In this document: positions 15,283 to 24,193 of the stretch, one piece after another
Numbering within the stretch: the first letter of the stretch is position 1
Layout: every line of letters begins with the position of its first letter
From: Longivirga aurantiaca
GTDB lineage: Bacteria > Actinomycetota > Actinomycetes > S36-B12 > CAIYMF01
Length of the DNA stretch: 32,000 bases
Assembly: GCF_042660085.1 (NCBI RefSeq)
Contig: NZ_JBHSTI010000008.1
Coordinates: 1,929,876-1,961,875, forward strand
Direction: 5' to 3'
Notes under the pieces: generated by a model
Seen by the model: the letters and a program-made list of their open reading frames with translations, nothing else
Databases searched by the model: none
What the model was told of the DNA's origin: nothing
Made by a program: the position numbers and the translations under genes

Positions 15283-16691
15283 TGCGGGCGCTGGTCCTCG
15301 GCACCGGATCGGCGGACGGCTGGCCGAACCCGTTCTGCGAGTGCGCCTCCTGCACCTGGGCGCGCACGAGCGGATCGGTGCGCACGACCACCTCGGTGCT
15401 CGTCGACGACGTGCTCCTGCTCGACTTCGGCCCGGACACCCCTCGCCAGGCCTCGCGCGCCGGACGCAGCCTCGCCGGCCTCGCCGCCGTCCTCGTGACC
15501 CACGCGCACCACGACCACCTCGACCCGGCCGCACTGCTCGCCCGGTCGTGGGCGGGGCCTGCGTCGTCGCTCCGCGTGGTGGGCCCGCCGTCGGTCGTCG
15601 ACGCGTGCGAGCACTGGATCGGCCCGCACGACACCGTGGCGCTCACCGCCGTCGCGCCGGGCGACGTCCTCGACCTCGACGGCTACGCGGTCCGCGTGCT
15701 CGCTGCGGCGCACGACGTCGGCGCCGACGCCCTCACCCGCGACGCCGTCCTCTACGACGTGACCGCGCCCGACGGGTCGCGGCTGCTCTACGCGACCGAC
15801 ACCGGGCCCCTGCCCGACGCGACCGTCGCGGCGCTGGCCGGCTCGGCGCTCGACCTGCTGCTGGTCGAGCAGACCTTCGGCACCTACCTCGACCACGGCA
15901 CCGGCCACCTCGACCTCGCGACGCTTCCCGGCGAGCTGCGCCGGCTGCGCGAGGTGGGCGCCCTCACCGACGCGACCGACGTCGTGGCCGTGCACCTCAG
16001 CCACCACAACCCGCCGGGGCCCGAGCTCGCGCGGGTGCTCGCGCCGTGGGGCGTGCGGACCGTCGACGACCTGACCGAGATCGAGGTGGGTGCGGTGCCG
16101 GACGCAGCGACGGCGATGCTCCCGCGGCGCACCCTGCTGCTCGGGGGTGCCCGCTCGGGCAAGTCGCACGAGGCCGAGCGGATGTTCGCCGCGACGGCCG
16201 ACGTCGAGTACGTCGCCACCGGCGGATCGCGCGACGGCGACGACGAGTGGGCCGCGCGCGTGGCGCTGCACCGGGAGCGCCGCCCGGCGTCGTGGACGAC
16301 CACGGAGACGCTCGACGTCGCGAAGCTCCTGCTCTCCCCGGGCCCGCCCGTGCTGCTGGACTGCCTCTCGCTCTGGCTCGCGGGCGTCCTCGACGCCTCG
16401 GGCGTCTGGGCGTCCGAGCCGGGCACGGCCGGGCGCGCGGCCGCGCTGGCCGAGGTGGAGCGCGAGGTCGCGGCGCTGGTCGACGCGGTCCGACGTACGA
16501 CGCGCACGCTCGTGCTCGTGTCGAACGAGGTCGGCAGCGGCGTCGTGCCCGAGCACGAGTCGGGCCGCCTCTACCGCGACGCGCTCGGACGCCTCAACGC
16601 CCGCGTCGCCTCGGAGTGCGACGCTGTGTCCCTCGTCGTCGCAGGGACCGTCCTGCCCCTCAAGCCCGGAAGCAGCGCAGCAGCACCGTGA
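15282..16691 (+). CDS. cobU: fusion protein: N-terminal PhnP/PqqB-like MBL-fold hydrolase and C-terminal adenosylcobinamide kinase/adenosylcobinamide-phosphate guanylyltransferase (CobU/CobP)
   Basis: ATG at 15282 overlaps the upstream TGA (TGATG), inside listed ORF 14775..16691. The N-terminal half has [23 protein letters not shown] and THAHHDHLD. The C-terminal half has the P-loop [15 protein letters not shown] and CobU-like [11 protein letters not shown] and [12 protein letters not shown]. Confidence 0.85.
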   Translation: MRALVLGTGSADGWPNPFCECASCTWARTSGSVRTTTSVLVDDVLLLDFGPDTPRQASRAGRSLAGLAAVLVTHAHHDHLDPAALLARSWAGPASSLRVVGPPSVVDACEHWIGPHDTVALTAVAPGDVLDLDGYAVRVLAAAHDVGADALTRDAVLYDVTAPDGSRLLYATDTGPLPDATVAALAGSALDLLLVEQTFGTYLDHGTGHLDLATLPGELRRLREVGALTDATDVVAVHLSHHNPPGPELARVLAPWGVRTVDDLTEIEVGAVPDAATAMLPRRTLLLGGARSGKSHEAERMFAATADVEYVATGGSRDGDDEWAARVALHRERRPASWTTTETLDVAKLLLSPGPPVLLDCLSLWLAGVLDASGVWASEPGTAGRAAALAEVEREVAALVDAVRRTTRTLVLVSNEVGSGVVPEHESGRLYRDALGRLNARVASECDAVSLVVAGTVLPLKPGSSAAAP

Positions 16692-17770
16692 CCGTCGACC
16701 TCGACGCCCTCGTCGCACGCATCGACCTGCCCGACGACGACGCACGCGCCGCCGCGGCCGAGCGGCAGTCGCGGCTGACCAAGCCGACGGGCGCGCTCGG
16801 GCGGCTCGAGGAGCTCTCGCTCTGGCTCTGCGCGGCGCAGGGCGTGTGCCCGCCTCGACCGCTCGAGCGCGTGCGCGTCATCGTGCTCGCGGGCGACCAC
16901 GGGATCGCGCGCACCGCGGGCACCAGCGCCTACCCGCCCGAGGTCACCGCCCAGATGGTGCTCAACTTCCTCGCCGGCGGCGCGGCCGTGAACGTGCTCG
17001 CGCGGCAGAACGGCGCCACCGTCCGAGTCGTCGACGTCGCGGTCGACGTCGACTGGACCGAGCTCGGCGCATCGGTGCCGGACGACGTCGTGCGCGACAA
17101 GGTGCGCAGGGGCAGCGGCTCGATCGACCGCGAGGACGCGATGACGCGCGAGGAGGCCGAGGCGGCCTTCGCGCTCGGCGTGCGCATCGCCGACGACGAG
17201 GTCGATGCGGGCGCGGATCTCCTCATCCCCGGCGACATGGGCATCGGCAACACCACTCCGGCGGCGGTGATCACCGGGCTCTACACGAACCAGGACGCGG
17301 CGTCGGTCGTCGGTCGCGGCACCGGCATCGACGACGCGACGTGGATGCGCAAGACCGCGGCGGTGCGCGACGCCATGCGCCGCGGGCGGGCGGTGAAGGG
17401 CGACCCGATGGCGCTGCTGACCACCGTCGGGGGCGCCGACATCGCAGCCATGACGGGGCTGCTGCTGGGCGCGGCGGCACGGCGTACGCCGGTGCTGCTC
17501 GACGGCGTGGTGTCGTGCGCGGCGGCCCTCGTGGCGCAGCGGGTCTCGTTCCGCGCGCGCGAGTGGTGGCTCGCCGGGCACCGGTCGACCGAGCCGTCGG
17601 CGGCCGCGGCGCTCGACCGGCTGCGGCTCGAGCCGATCGTCGACTACGGCCTGCGCCTCGGCGAGGGAACCGGCGCGTTGGTGGCGCTGCCCGTCCTCGT
17701 CGCGGCGGGCGCGACCCTGCGCGAGATGGCGACCTTCGACGAGGCCGGCGTCTCGGACCGGGAGGCCTGA
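16688..17770 (+). CDS. cobT: nicotinate-nucleotide--dimethylbenzimidazole phosphoribosyltransferase
   Basis: In-frame GTG at 16688 (GTGA overlap) within listed ORF 15341..17770. Motifs: [50 protein letters not shown]. Confidence 0.92.
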   Translation: MTVDLDALVARIDLPDDDARAAAAERQSRLTKPTGALGRLEELSLWLCAAQGVCPPRPLERVRVIVLAGDHGIARTAGTSAYPPEVTAQMVLNFLAGGAAVNVLARQNGATVRVVDVAVDVDWTELGASVPDDVVRDKVRRGSGSIDREDAMTREEAEAAFALGVRIADDEVDAGADLLIPGDMGIGNTTPAAVITGLYTNQDAASVVGRGTGIDDATWMRKTAAVRDAMRRGRAVKGDPMALLTTVGGADIAAMTGLLLGAAARRTPVLLDGVVSCAAALVAQRVSFRAREWWLAGHRSTEPSAAAALDRLRLEPIVDYGLRLGEGTGALVALPVLVAAGATLREMATFDEAGVSDREA

Positions 17771-18579
17771 TGCCCGACTCCGTGCGCCTCGCCCTCGGCA
17801 CCTTCACGATCCTGCGCGTCCCGCCGCCGCGGGTGGTCGACCGGCGCACCGCCCGCGACGCGATGCTGCTCGCACCGCTCGTCGGCGCGCTGCTGGCGCT
17901 GGTCGGCGCGGTGGTGATCCTCGCCGTACGGCTCTCGCCGCTCGGCCACCGCACGCACATCGTGGTCACGCTGGTCGCGGCGACGCTGGCGATCATCACG
18001 CTCGCGGTCCTCACCCGCGGCCTGCACCTCGACGGTCTCGCCGACACCGCCGACGGCCTGGGGGTGAAGGGCGACGACGACGGCGCCCGCGAGCGGCGAC
18101 TCGCCGTGATGCGCCAGCCCGACATCGGGGCGTTCGGCGCGATCACCCTGGTGCTGGTGCTCGTCGTGCAGATCCTGGCGCTCACCGCGTGCGACCTCGC
18201 GGGCCGCGGGACCGTGAGCCTCGTGCTCGCTTGCGTGGTCGCCCGGCTCGCGATCGTGTGGGCGTGCACGCCGCTCGCCCGCTCGGCCCGGCCCGACGGG
18301 CTCGGCGCGGCGGTGGCGGGCTCCGTGCCGTACGCCGCCGCGGCGCTGCTCACGGCCGCCGTCCTGGCCGTCGCCGTCCTGCTCGGCCTCGGCGACGACG
18401 ACGGCGGTCGCCGGCTCGCCGCCGCCCTCGTGATCGGCACTGCGGTCGGCCTGCTCGCCGGCTACCTCGTCGTCCGCCGGGCCCAGGCCCGCTTCGGCGG
18501 CATCACCGGCGACGTCCTCGGCGCCACCGCCGAGCTCACCTTCACCGCCGTGCTCCTCTCGCTCGCCCTCCTCCCCTGA
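17770..18579 (+). CDS. cobS: adenosylcobinamide-GDP ribazoletransferase (cobalamin synthase)
   Basis: ATG at 17770 overlaps the cobT TGA, inside listed ORF 16090..18579. It is a polytopic membrane protein with the LHLDGLADTADGL motif and GGITGDVLGA near the C-terminus. Confidence 0.9.
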   Translation: MPDSVRLALGTFTILRVPPPRVVDRRTARDAMLLAPLVGALLALVGAVVILAVRLSPLGHRTHIVVTLVAATLAIITLAVLTRGLHLDGLADTADGLGVKGDDDGARERRLAVMRQPDIGAFGAITLVLVLVVQILALTACDLAGRGTVSLVLACVVARLAIVWACTPLARSARPDGLGAAVAGSVPYAAAALLTAAVLAVAVLLGLGDDDGGRRLAAALVIGTAVGLLAGYLVVRRAQARFGGITGDVLGATAELTFTAVLLSLALLP

Positions 18580-18722
18580 CCGCGCCCCTCGCCGCCGACT
18601 CCTGGGGTGCGCTGTCCGCATCGTGAGAAGCAACCCCCTGCTGTGGTCGGGATCACGCCGGTCGACGGGTCGTCGTGGCGGAGGTCACGCCAGGTGAGGC
18701 AAGGGCACCCTTACCTTCTTGC

Positions 18723-18728
18723 CAGAAT
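18723..18728 (+). promoter_or_regulatory. candidate -10 hexamer CAGAAT placed for a leaderless transcript starting at ATG 18735
   Basis: It has A at position 2 and T at position 6 and lies 6 nt upstream of the ATG. There is no Shine-Dalgarno sequence. Confidence 0.35.
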
Positions 18729-18734
18729 GTCCCC

Positions 18735-19007
18735 ATGACTGCGACCACCGACGACCTGCGCGAGTTCGAGCTCGAGTTCGGCGCCGAGCAGCCTGCTGCT
18801 CCGGCCGCCCCCGCCGTCCCGGCGTACCTGTCCTCCGCTGCCCGCCGTCGGGCCGCCGACGCCGAGACCGGCGACGGCTTCTTCCGCGGCATGTACGCCC
18901 TGATCGTGGCCGGCATGGTGGTCTCGATGGCCACCTTCGCGTTCGTGGCCTACGACAACTCGGTCGCGCAGACCGGCGGCCAGACCTCGGTCAGCGCCAC
19001 GCCGTAG
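18735..19007 (+). CDS. small hypothetical membrane protein (90 aa, one TM helix)
   Basis: Internal ATG of listed ORF 18675..19007. Almost every codon ends in G/C. A TM segment GMYALIVAGMVVSMATFAFVAY is present. I recognise no family. Confidence 0.55.
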   Translation: MTATTDDLREFELEFGAEQPAAPAAPAVPAYLSSAARRRAADAETGDGFFRGMYALIVAGMVVSMATFAFVAYDNSVAQTGGQTSVSATP

Positions 19008-19045
19008 TCGGCCTGACCCCCCACGACCGAGCGTCGCGCACGCAT

Positions 19046-19082
19046 CGACAGGCGCCTCCCCGCCAGGGGACGGCGCCTGTCG
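19046..19082. terminator. bidirectional hairpin between the small membrane protein gene and gcvT
   Basis: cgacaggcgcc tcccc gcca gggga c ggcgcctgtcg forms 16 bp with one bulge. It lies between convergent stop codons at 19007 and 19111. There is no U-tract. Confidence 0.55.
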
Positions 19083-19110
19083 CGCATCCCGGGCCGTGCC
19101 GGGTGCTCGG

Positions 19111-20232
19111 TCAGCGGGTGGAGCGGTCGACGAACGGCGGCGTGGCGACGGCGAACCGCGACGCCCGGCCGCGGACGTCGACCAGCACCTCGTCGCCGTC
19201 GGCGAGACCGGCCGAGGTGTCGAGCAGGGCGAGCGCGATGCCCACCTTCAGGGTCGGGGAGAACGTGCCCGACGTGATCTCGCCGAGCGGCGCGCCGTCG
19301 ACGGTCGAGACGGCCATGTGCGGGCGCGGGATGCCGCGCTCGAGCGACACCAGCCCGACGGAGCGACGGGCGGGACCCGCCTCCTTCTCGGCCACGAGCG
19401 CGTCGCGGCCGTGGAACGCCGGCTTCTTCCAGCCCACCGCCCAGCCAGCACGGGCCTGCACGGGGCTGATCGCGAGCGACAGGTCCTGGCCGTGCAGCGG
19501 GTAGCCCATCTCGGTGCGCAGGGTGTCGCGCGCGCCGAGGCCGCACGCGCGGATGTCGTCGCCGGCCCCCGCCGCGAGGATCGCGTCCCAGACGGCGCCC
19601 GCGGCCGCCCACGGCACGACGAGCTCGTAGCCGTGCTCGCCGGTGTAGCCGGTGCGGCACACGAGGAGGTCGGTGCCGTCGAGCGTGGCCGGCAGGAACG
19701 CCATGTACTCGAGGTCGGACGGCAGGCCGAGCGCGTCGAGGAGCGCAGCCGAGCGCGGCCCCTGGACGGCGAGCACGCCGTGCTCGTGGTGCAGGTTGGT
19801 CACCGTGACGCCCTCGGGCGCCGCGGCGGCGAGGATCCGCACGACCTCGGCGGTGTTGGAGGCGTTCGGGATGAGGAAGACGTCGTCCGGGCCGTGCAGG
19901 TAGGCGATGAGGTCGTCGACGACGCCGCCAGCCTCGTCGCACAGCAGGGTGTACTGCGCCTTGCCGGGCCCGATCCGGTCGAGGCTGTTGGTCAGCACCG
20001 AGTCGAGGAACGCCGCCGCGCCGGGCCCGGTCACCGAGGCCTTGCCCAGGTGCGAGACGTCGAAGACGCCGACCCGCTCGCGCACCGCGGTGTGCTCGGC
20101 GACGACCCCGCCGCCGGCGTACTCGAGAGGCATCGACCACCCGCCGAAGTCGCCCAGCTTCGCGCCCAGCGCGAGGTGGCGGTCGTGCAGCGGGGACAGC
20201 AGCGGCGTGGAGGCGTCGGTCACGCCCCGCAC
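19111..20232 (-). CDS. gcvT: glycine cleavage system aminomethyltransferase GcvT
   Basis: Listed ORF 19111..20232. Motifs: [48 protein letters not shown]. The start could instead be the GTG at 20223. Confidence 0.92.
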   Translation of the reverse strand: MRGVTDASTPLLSPLHDRHLALGAKLGDFGGWSMPLEYAGGGVVAEHTAVRERVGVFDVSHLGKASVTGPGAAAFLDSVLTNSLDRIGPGKAQYTLLCDEAGGVVDDLIAYLHGPDDVFLIPNASNTAEVVRILAAAAPEGVTVTNLHHEHGVLAVQGPRSAALLDALGLPSDLEYMAFLPATLDGTDLLVCRTGYTGEHGYELVVPWAAAGAVWDAILAAGAGDDIRACGLGARDTLRTEMGYPLHGQDLSLAISPVQARAGWAVGWKKPAFHGRDALVAEKEAGPARRSVGLVSLERGIPRPHMAVSTVDGAPLGEITSGTFSPTLKVGIALALLDTSAGLADGDEVLVDVRGRASRFAVATPPFVDRSTR

Positions 20233-20351
20233 CGTATCGGCCGCGGGCCGTGTCCGCCTCAGGCAGCACGGGGCACGGCCGTCCCGGGCGACGGGTCAAC
20301 CCGCCCGTCTCCCGGTAGGTTCAGGGCAGACCTCGACCACGGGAGCGCACT

Positions 20352-21866
20352 GTGACCACCCTTGCCCTGAACTCCGCCGACATCGCGACCATCGCGGGCG
20401 ACGTCCTCGTCGTCGCGACCGTGCCCGCTGGCGGCCGCAAGAAGGGCGCCGTCCTCGCCGGCCCCGCCGCCGGCCTGAAGGCCGCCCCCAAGCGCAAGCT
20501 CGAGGAGGCCCTCGCGGCCCTCGGCGCCACGGGCAAGGCGGGCGACGTCGTCCGCGTGCCCGGCGCCGGGATCTCCGCCGCCCCCGTCGTCGTCGCGGTC
20601 GGCCTCGGCGCCGGGCCGTGGAACGACGAGGCGCTGCGCCGCGCCGCCGGCAACGCCGTCCGCTCGGTCGCCGGCAGCAAGCGCGCGGTGCTCGCGCTGC
20701 CCGTCGAGACCGCCGCCGGCCTCGACGCCGTCGCCCAGGGCGCCCTCCTCGGCGCCTACTCGTTCGACTCCTTCCGCGTCGACTCCAAGGCCGCGCAGAA
20801 GGCCCCGGTCACCCGCATCACGCTCGCCGTCGCCGACGCCAAGGACGCGTCCACCGTCGCGGCCGTCGCCCGGGCCAAGGCCATCGCCGGCGCGGTGATC
20901 CTCGCCCGCGACCTCGTCAACACCCCGGCCGGCGACCTTCCCCCGGCGGCCCTCGTCGCCGCTGCGGCCGATGCGGTCGACGGCCTCTCGGTCGAGGTCG
21001 AGGTGCTCGACGAGAAGGCCCTCGCCGCAGGCGGGTACGGCGGCATCCTCGGCGTCGGCAAGGGCTCGGCCAACCCGCCGCGGCTCGCCCGGCTCGCCTA
21101 CCGCCCCGAGGGCGCGACCGCGCACCTCGCGCTCGTCGGCAAGGGCATCACATTCGACACCGGCGGCATCTCGATCAAGCCCTCGCTCAACATGCACGAG
21201 ATGAAGGGCGACATGGGCGGCGCCGCCGCCACCGCGGCCGCCGTCGTCGCGATCGCGAAGCTCGGCCTGCCCGTCAACGTCACCGGCTACCTCTGCGTGG
21301 CCGAGAACATGCCGAGCGGCAAGGCCCAGCGCCCCGGCGACGTCATCCGCGCCTATGGCGGCAAGACCGTCGAGGTCATGGACACCGACGCCGAGGGCCG
21401 CCTCGTGCTCATGGACGGCCTCGTCCGCGCGCAGGAGGACAAGCCCGACGTCATCGTCGACATCGCCACGCTCACCGGCGCGGCCGTCGTCGCCCTCGGC
21501 TCGCGCACCTTCGGGATCATGTCCAACGACGACGACCTCCGCGAGGCCGTGCACGACGCCTCGAAGCGGGCCGGCGAGGCCGCCTGGCCGATGCCGTTCC
21601 CGGAGGAGCTGCGCGCCAACCTCGACAGCTCGGTCGCCGACATCATGAACATCCCGCTGGTGGGCCGCCCCCACGGCGGCATGATGACGGGCGGCATCTT
21701 CCTGGCCGAGTTCATCAAGGACGGGCAGCGCTGGGCGCACCTCGACATCGCGGGCCCGTCGTACAACGCAGGCGGCCCGCACGGCTACACCCCGAAGGGC
21801 GGCACGGGCGCTGCCGTCCGCACCCTGGTGCAGCTCGCCGAGGACATCGCAGATGGTGCCGTCTGA
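20352..21866 (+). CDS. pepA: leucyl aminopeptidase (M17 family)
   Basis: Listed ORF 20352..21866. Motifs: VGKGITFDTGGISIKP, MKGDMGGAA, DTDAEGRLVLMD, ATLTGA. GGGAGCG lies upstream of the GTG. Confidence 0.92.
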   Translation: MTTLALNSADIATIAGDVLVVATVPAGGRKKGAVLAGPAAGLKAAPKRKLEEALAALGATGKAGDVVRVPGAGISAAPVVVAVGLGAGPWNDEALRRAAGNAVRSVAGSKRAVLALPVETAAGLDAVAQGALLGAYSFDSFRVDSKAAQKAPVTRITLAVADAKDASTVAAVARAKAIAGAVILARDLVNTPAGDLPPAALVAAAADAVDGLSVEVEVLDEKALAAGGYGGILGVGKGSANPPRLARLAYRPEGATAHLALVGKGITFDTGGISIKPSLNMHEMKGDMGGAAATAAAVVAIAKLGLPVNVTGYLCVAENMPSGKAQRPGDVIRAYGGKTVEVMDTDAEGRLVLMDGLVRAQEDKPDVIVDIATLTGAAVVALGSRTFGIMSNDDDLREAVHDASKRAGEAAWPMPFPEELRANLDSSVADIMNIPLVGRPHGGMMTGGIFLAEFIKDGQRWAHLDIAGPSYNAGGPHGYTPKGGTGAAVRTLVQLAEDIADGAV

Positions 21867-21945
21867 CGACGACAACGCAGTCGACGGCGCCGTCTGACGG
21901 CCCGGTCATCCGCACGACCGTTCGACCGTTCGACCGCAGGGCATC

Positions 21946-21989
21946 GGAGCCCCGTCCCGGCAGCAGCCGGGGCGGGGCTCCTCCTTTCC
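21946..21989 (+). terminator. hairpin terminator after pepA
   Basis: ggagccccgtcccgg cagcag ccggggcggggctcc forms 15 bp including one G-U pair. It is followed by tccTTTcc. Confidence 0.6.
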
Positions 21990-22000
21990 AGGGAGGACCC

Positions 22001-22603
22001 ATGACGACGCAGCGGTTCCTCGTGCTGCACGGGCTCACCAACCGCCGCCCGGAGGGCCACTGGGAGCGCCGGCTCGCGGCCGCCCTGCGCCTGGCCGGGC
22101 ACGTGGTGGTCTACCCCCAGCTGCCCGACACCGACTCCCCCGACCTCACGACCTGGCTCGACCTCCTCGACGCCGAGCTCGCCATCCTCGACGAGGCGGG
22201 CGACGGCCCGCTGACCGTCGTCGGGCACTCGCTCGGCGCGGTCGCCTGGCTGCACGCCGTGGCGCGCGGCCTCGCCGTCCGTCCGGCCCGGGTGCTGCTC
22301 GTGGCACCCGCCGGCCACTCGGCCCTTGCCGACGCCGCGCCCGCCTTCGCGCTGCGCCCTGCGGACGGCAGCCCGACCGCCGAGCAGGTGGCGGCGTCCG
22401 CGGGCAGCACCCTTCTGGTGTGGAGCGGCGACGACGCGTGGTGCGACGAGGGGGTCGACGTCGTCTTCGGCGAGCCCCTCGGCATCCCGGTGGTGCTCGT
22501 GCCGGGCGGCGGCCACCTCGCCCTCGGCGACGGGTACGGCGAGTGGCCGGACGTGATCGCGTGGGCCGAGAGCGGCGCGGCCGCCTGGCCTACCCGCGGG
22601 TAG
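22001..22603 (+). CDS. alpha/beta serine hydrolase, RBBP9/YdeN family
   Basis: ATG at 22001 (RBS GGGAGG) inside spurious ORF 19907..22603. It has FLVLHGL, the nucleophile elbow VVGHSLGA, and a C-terminal GGGHL, in about 200 aa. Confidence 0.8.
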   Translation: MTTQRFLVLHGLTNRRPEGHWERRLAAALRLAGHVVVYPQLPDTDSPDLTTWLDLLDAELAILDEAGDGPLTVVGHSLGAVAWLHAVARGLAVRPARVLLVAPAGHSALADAAPAFALRPADGSPTAEQVAASAGSTLLVWSGDDAWCDEGVDVVFGEPLGIPVVLVPGGGHLALGDGYGEWPDVIAWAESGAAAWPTRG

Positions 22604-22733
22604 CCGAGAGGTTCGCCGAGGGCGCATCACCCGCGGTCACGTGCGGCCACGGCAGGTGGAAGGATGGGCCGACGCCCGTCACCTCGGGCCTCTGACCGCT
22701 GCACCTGATCACACGCACCTATGAGGAGCGCCC

Positions 22734-24113
22734 GTGTCCGGGACCTCGTTCGACCTCGTCATCCTCGGCGGCGGCAGCGGCGGCTACGCCGCTGCGCTGC
22801 GCGGCGCCCAGCTCGGCCTCTCGGTGGCTCTCATCGAGAAGGACAAGCTCGGCGGCACCTGCCTGCACTGGGGCTGCATCCCGACCAAGGCGCTGCTGCA
22901 CGCGGCCGAGGTCGCCGACTCGGCCAAGGAGTCCGAGGCGTACGGCGTCAAGGCCACCTTCGAGGGCATCGACATCGAGAAGGTCTACGGCTACCGCGAC
23001 GGCGTGATCGCCCGCCTCTACAAGGGGCTGCAGGGGCTGGTGAAGAGCCGCGACATCATCCTCGTCGAGGGCACCGGCACGCTGACCTCGCCGACCACGG
23101 TCGACGTCGCCGGCACCACCTACACCGCGACCAGGGCCGTCATCCTCGCCACGGGGTCCTACGCCCGTTCGCTGCCCGGCCTCGAGATCGGCGGCCGCGT
23201 GATCACGTCGTTCGAGGCGCTCAGCCTCGACTACGTGCCGCAGTCCGCGATCGTGCTCGGCGGCGGCGTGATCGGCGTCGAGTTCGCGAGCGTCTGGAAG
23301 TCCTTCGGCGCCGACGTCACCATCGTCGAGGCGCTCCCCCGCCTCGTGCCGAACGAGGACGAGGCCTGCTCCAAGGCCCTCGACCGTGCGTTCCGCAAGC
23401 GGGGCATCAAGGCCAAGACCGGGGTGCGCTTCTCCGGCGTCACCCAGGACGAGTCGAGCGTCACCGTCACCCTCGAGAGCGGCGAGAGCCTCACGGCCGA
23501 CGTCCTGCTCGTCGCGGTCGGCCGCGGCCCGCAGACCGCCAACTGCGGCTACGAGGCCGTCGGCGTCGCGATGGACCGCGGCTTCGTGCTGACCAACGAG
23601 CGCCTGCAGACCAACGTCCCGGGCGTGTACGCCGTCGGCGACATCGTCCCCGGCCTGCAGCTCGCGCACCGCGGCTTCCAGCAGGGCATCTTCGTGGCCG
23701 AGGAGATCGCCGGGCTCAGCCCCCGCGTCATCGACGAGGCCGGGATCCCGCGCGTGACCTACTGCGAGCCCGAGGTCGCCTCGGTCGGCCTCACCCAGGC
23801 CCAGGCCACGGAGAAGTTCGGCGAGGGCAACGTCGAGGCCTACGAGTACAACCTCGGCGGCAACGGCAAGAGCCAGATCCTCGGCACCACCGGCTTCATC
23901 AAGCTCGTCCGCGAGAAGGACGGCCCCGTGGTCGGCGTGCACATGGTCGGCGCCCGCGTCGGCGAGCTCGTCGGCGAGGGCCAGCTCGTCGTCAACTGGG
24001 AGGCCTACCCCGAGGACGTCGCCGCCCTCGTGCACGCGCACCCCACCCAGAACGAGGCGTTCGGCGAGGCCTTCCTCGCGCTCGCCGGCAAGCCGTTGCA
24101 CGCGCACTCCTGA
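22734..24113 (+). CDS. lpdA: dihydrolipoyl dehydrogenase (E3)
   Basis: Listed ORF 22734..24113 (GTG start, RBS GAGGAG). It has the FAD motif DLVILGGGSGGY, the redox-active GGTCLHWGCIPTK, and a C-terminal HAHPTQNE. Confidence 0.93.
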   Translation: MSGTSFDLVILGGGSGGYAAALRGAQLGLSVALIEKDKLGGTCLHWGCIPTKALLHAAEVADSAKESEAYGVKATFEGIDIEKVYGYRDGVIARLYKGLQGLVKSRDIILVEGTGTLTSPTTVDVAGTTYTATRAVILATGSYARSLPGLEIGGRVITSFEALSLDYVPQSAIVLGGGVIGVEFASVWKSFGADVTIVEALPRLVPNEDEACSKALDRAFRKRGIKAKTGVRFSGVTQDESSVTVTLESGESLTADVLLVAVGRGPQTANCGYEAVGVAMDRGFVLTNERLQTNVPGVYAVGDIVPGLQLAHRGFQQGIFVAEEIAGLSPRVIDEAGIPRVTYCEPEVASVGLTQAQATEKFGEGNVEAYEYNLGGNGKSQILGTTGFIKLVREKDGPVVGVHMVGARVGELVGEGQLVVNWEAYPEDVAALVHAHPTQNEAFGEAFLALAGKPLHAHS

Positions 24114-24193
24114 CACACCCCCCGTCGCGCGCCAGGATCTGACGCGCGGCAGTGCTGCCCGAACGTCCCCGCACCGAAGGAGTCACGCAGGCC

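Noticed and set aside
20233-20351. Possible glycine riboswitch in the 119-bp gcvT-pepA intergenic region (the minus strand reads ...ACCGGGAGAcgggcgggttgacccgtCGCCCGGGACGG...CCTGAGGCGGACACGG...).
   Set aside because: GGGAGA followed by a hairpin is reminiscent of the glycine aptamer. However, the conserved CCGAAGG(A/G)GCAA and CUCAGGC...GGAC elements are not matched (CGCCCGGGACGG and CCTGAGGC instead). The region is also short for even a single aptamer plus expression platform. A cmsearch with RF00504 would settle it.
21915-21936. Tandem 8-mer cgaccgtt x2.75 downstream of pepA.
   Set aside because: It is too short and has too few copies to call a functional repeat. It lies just upstream of the pepA terminator hairpin and is probably slippage noise.
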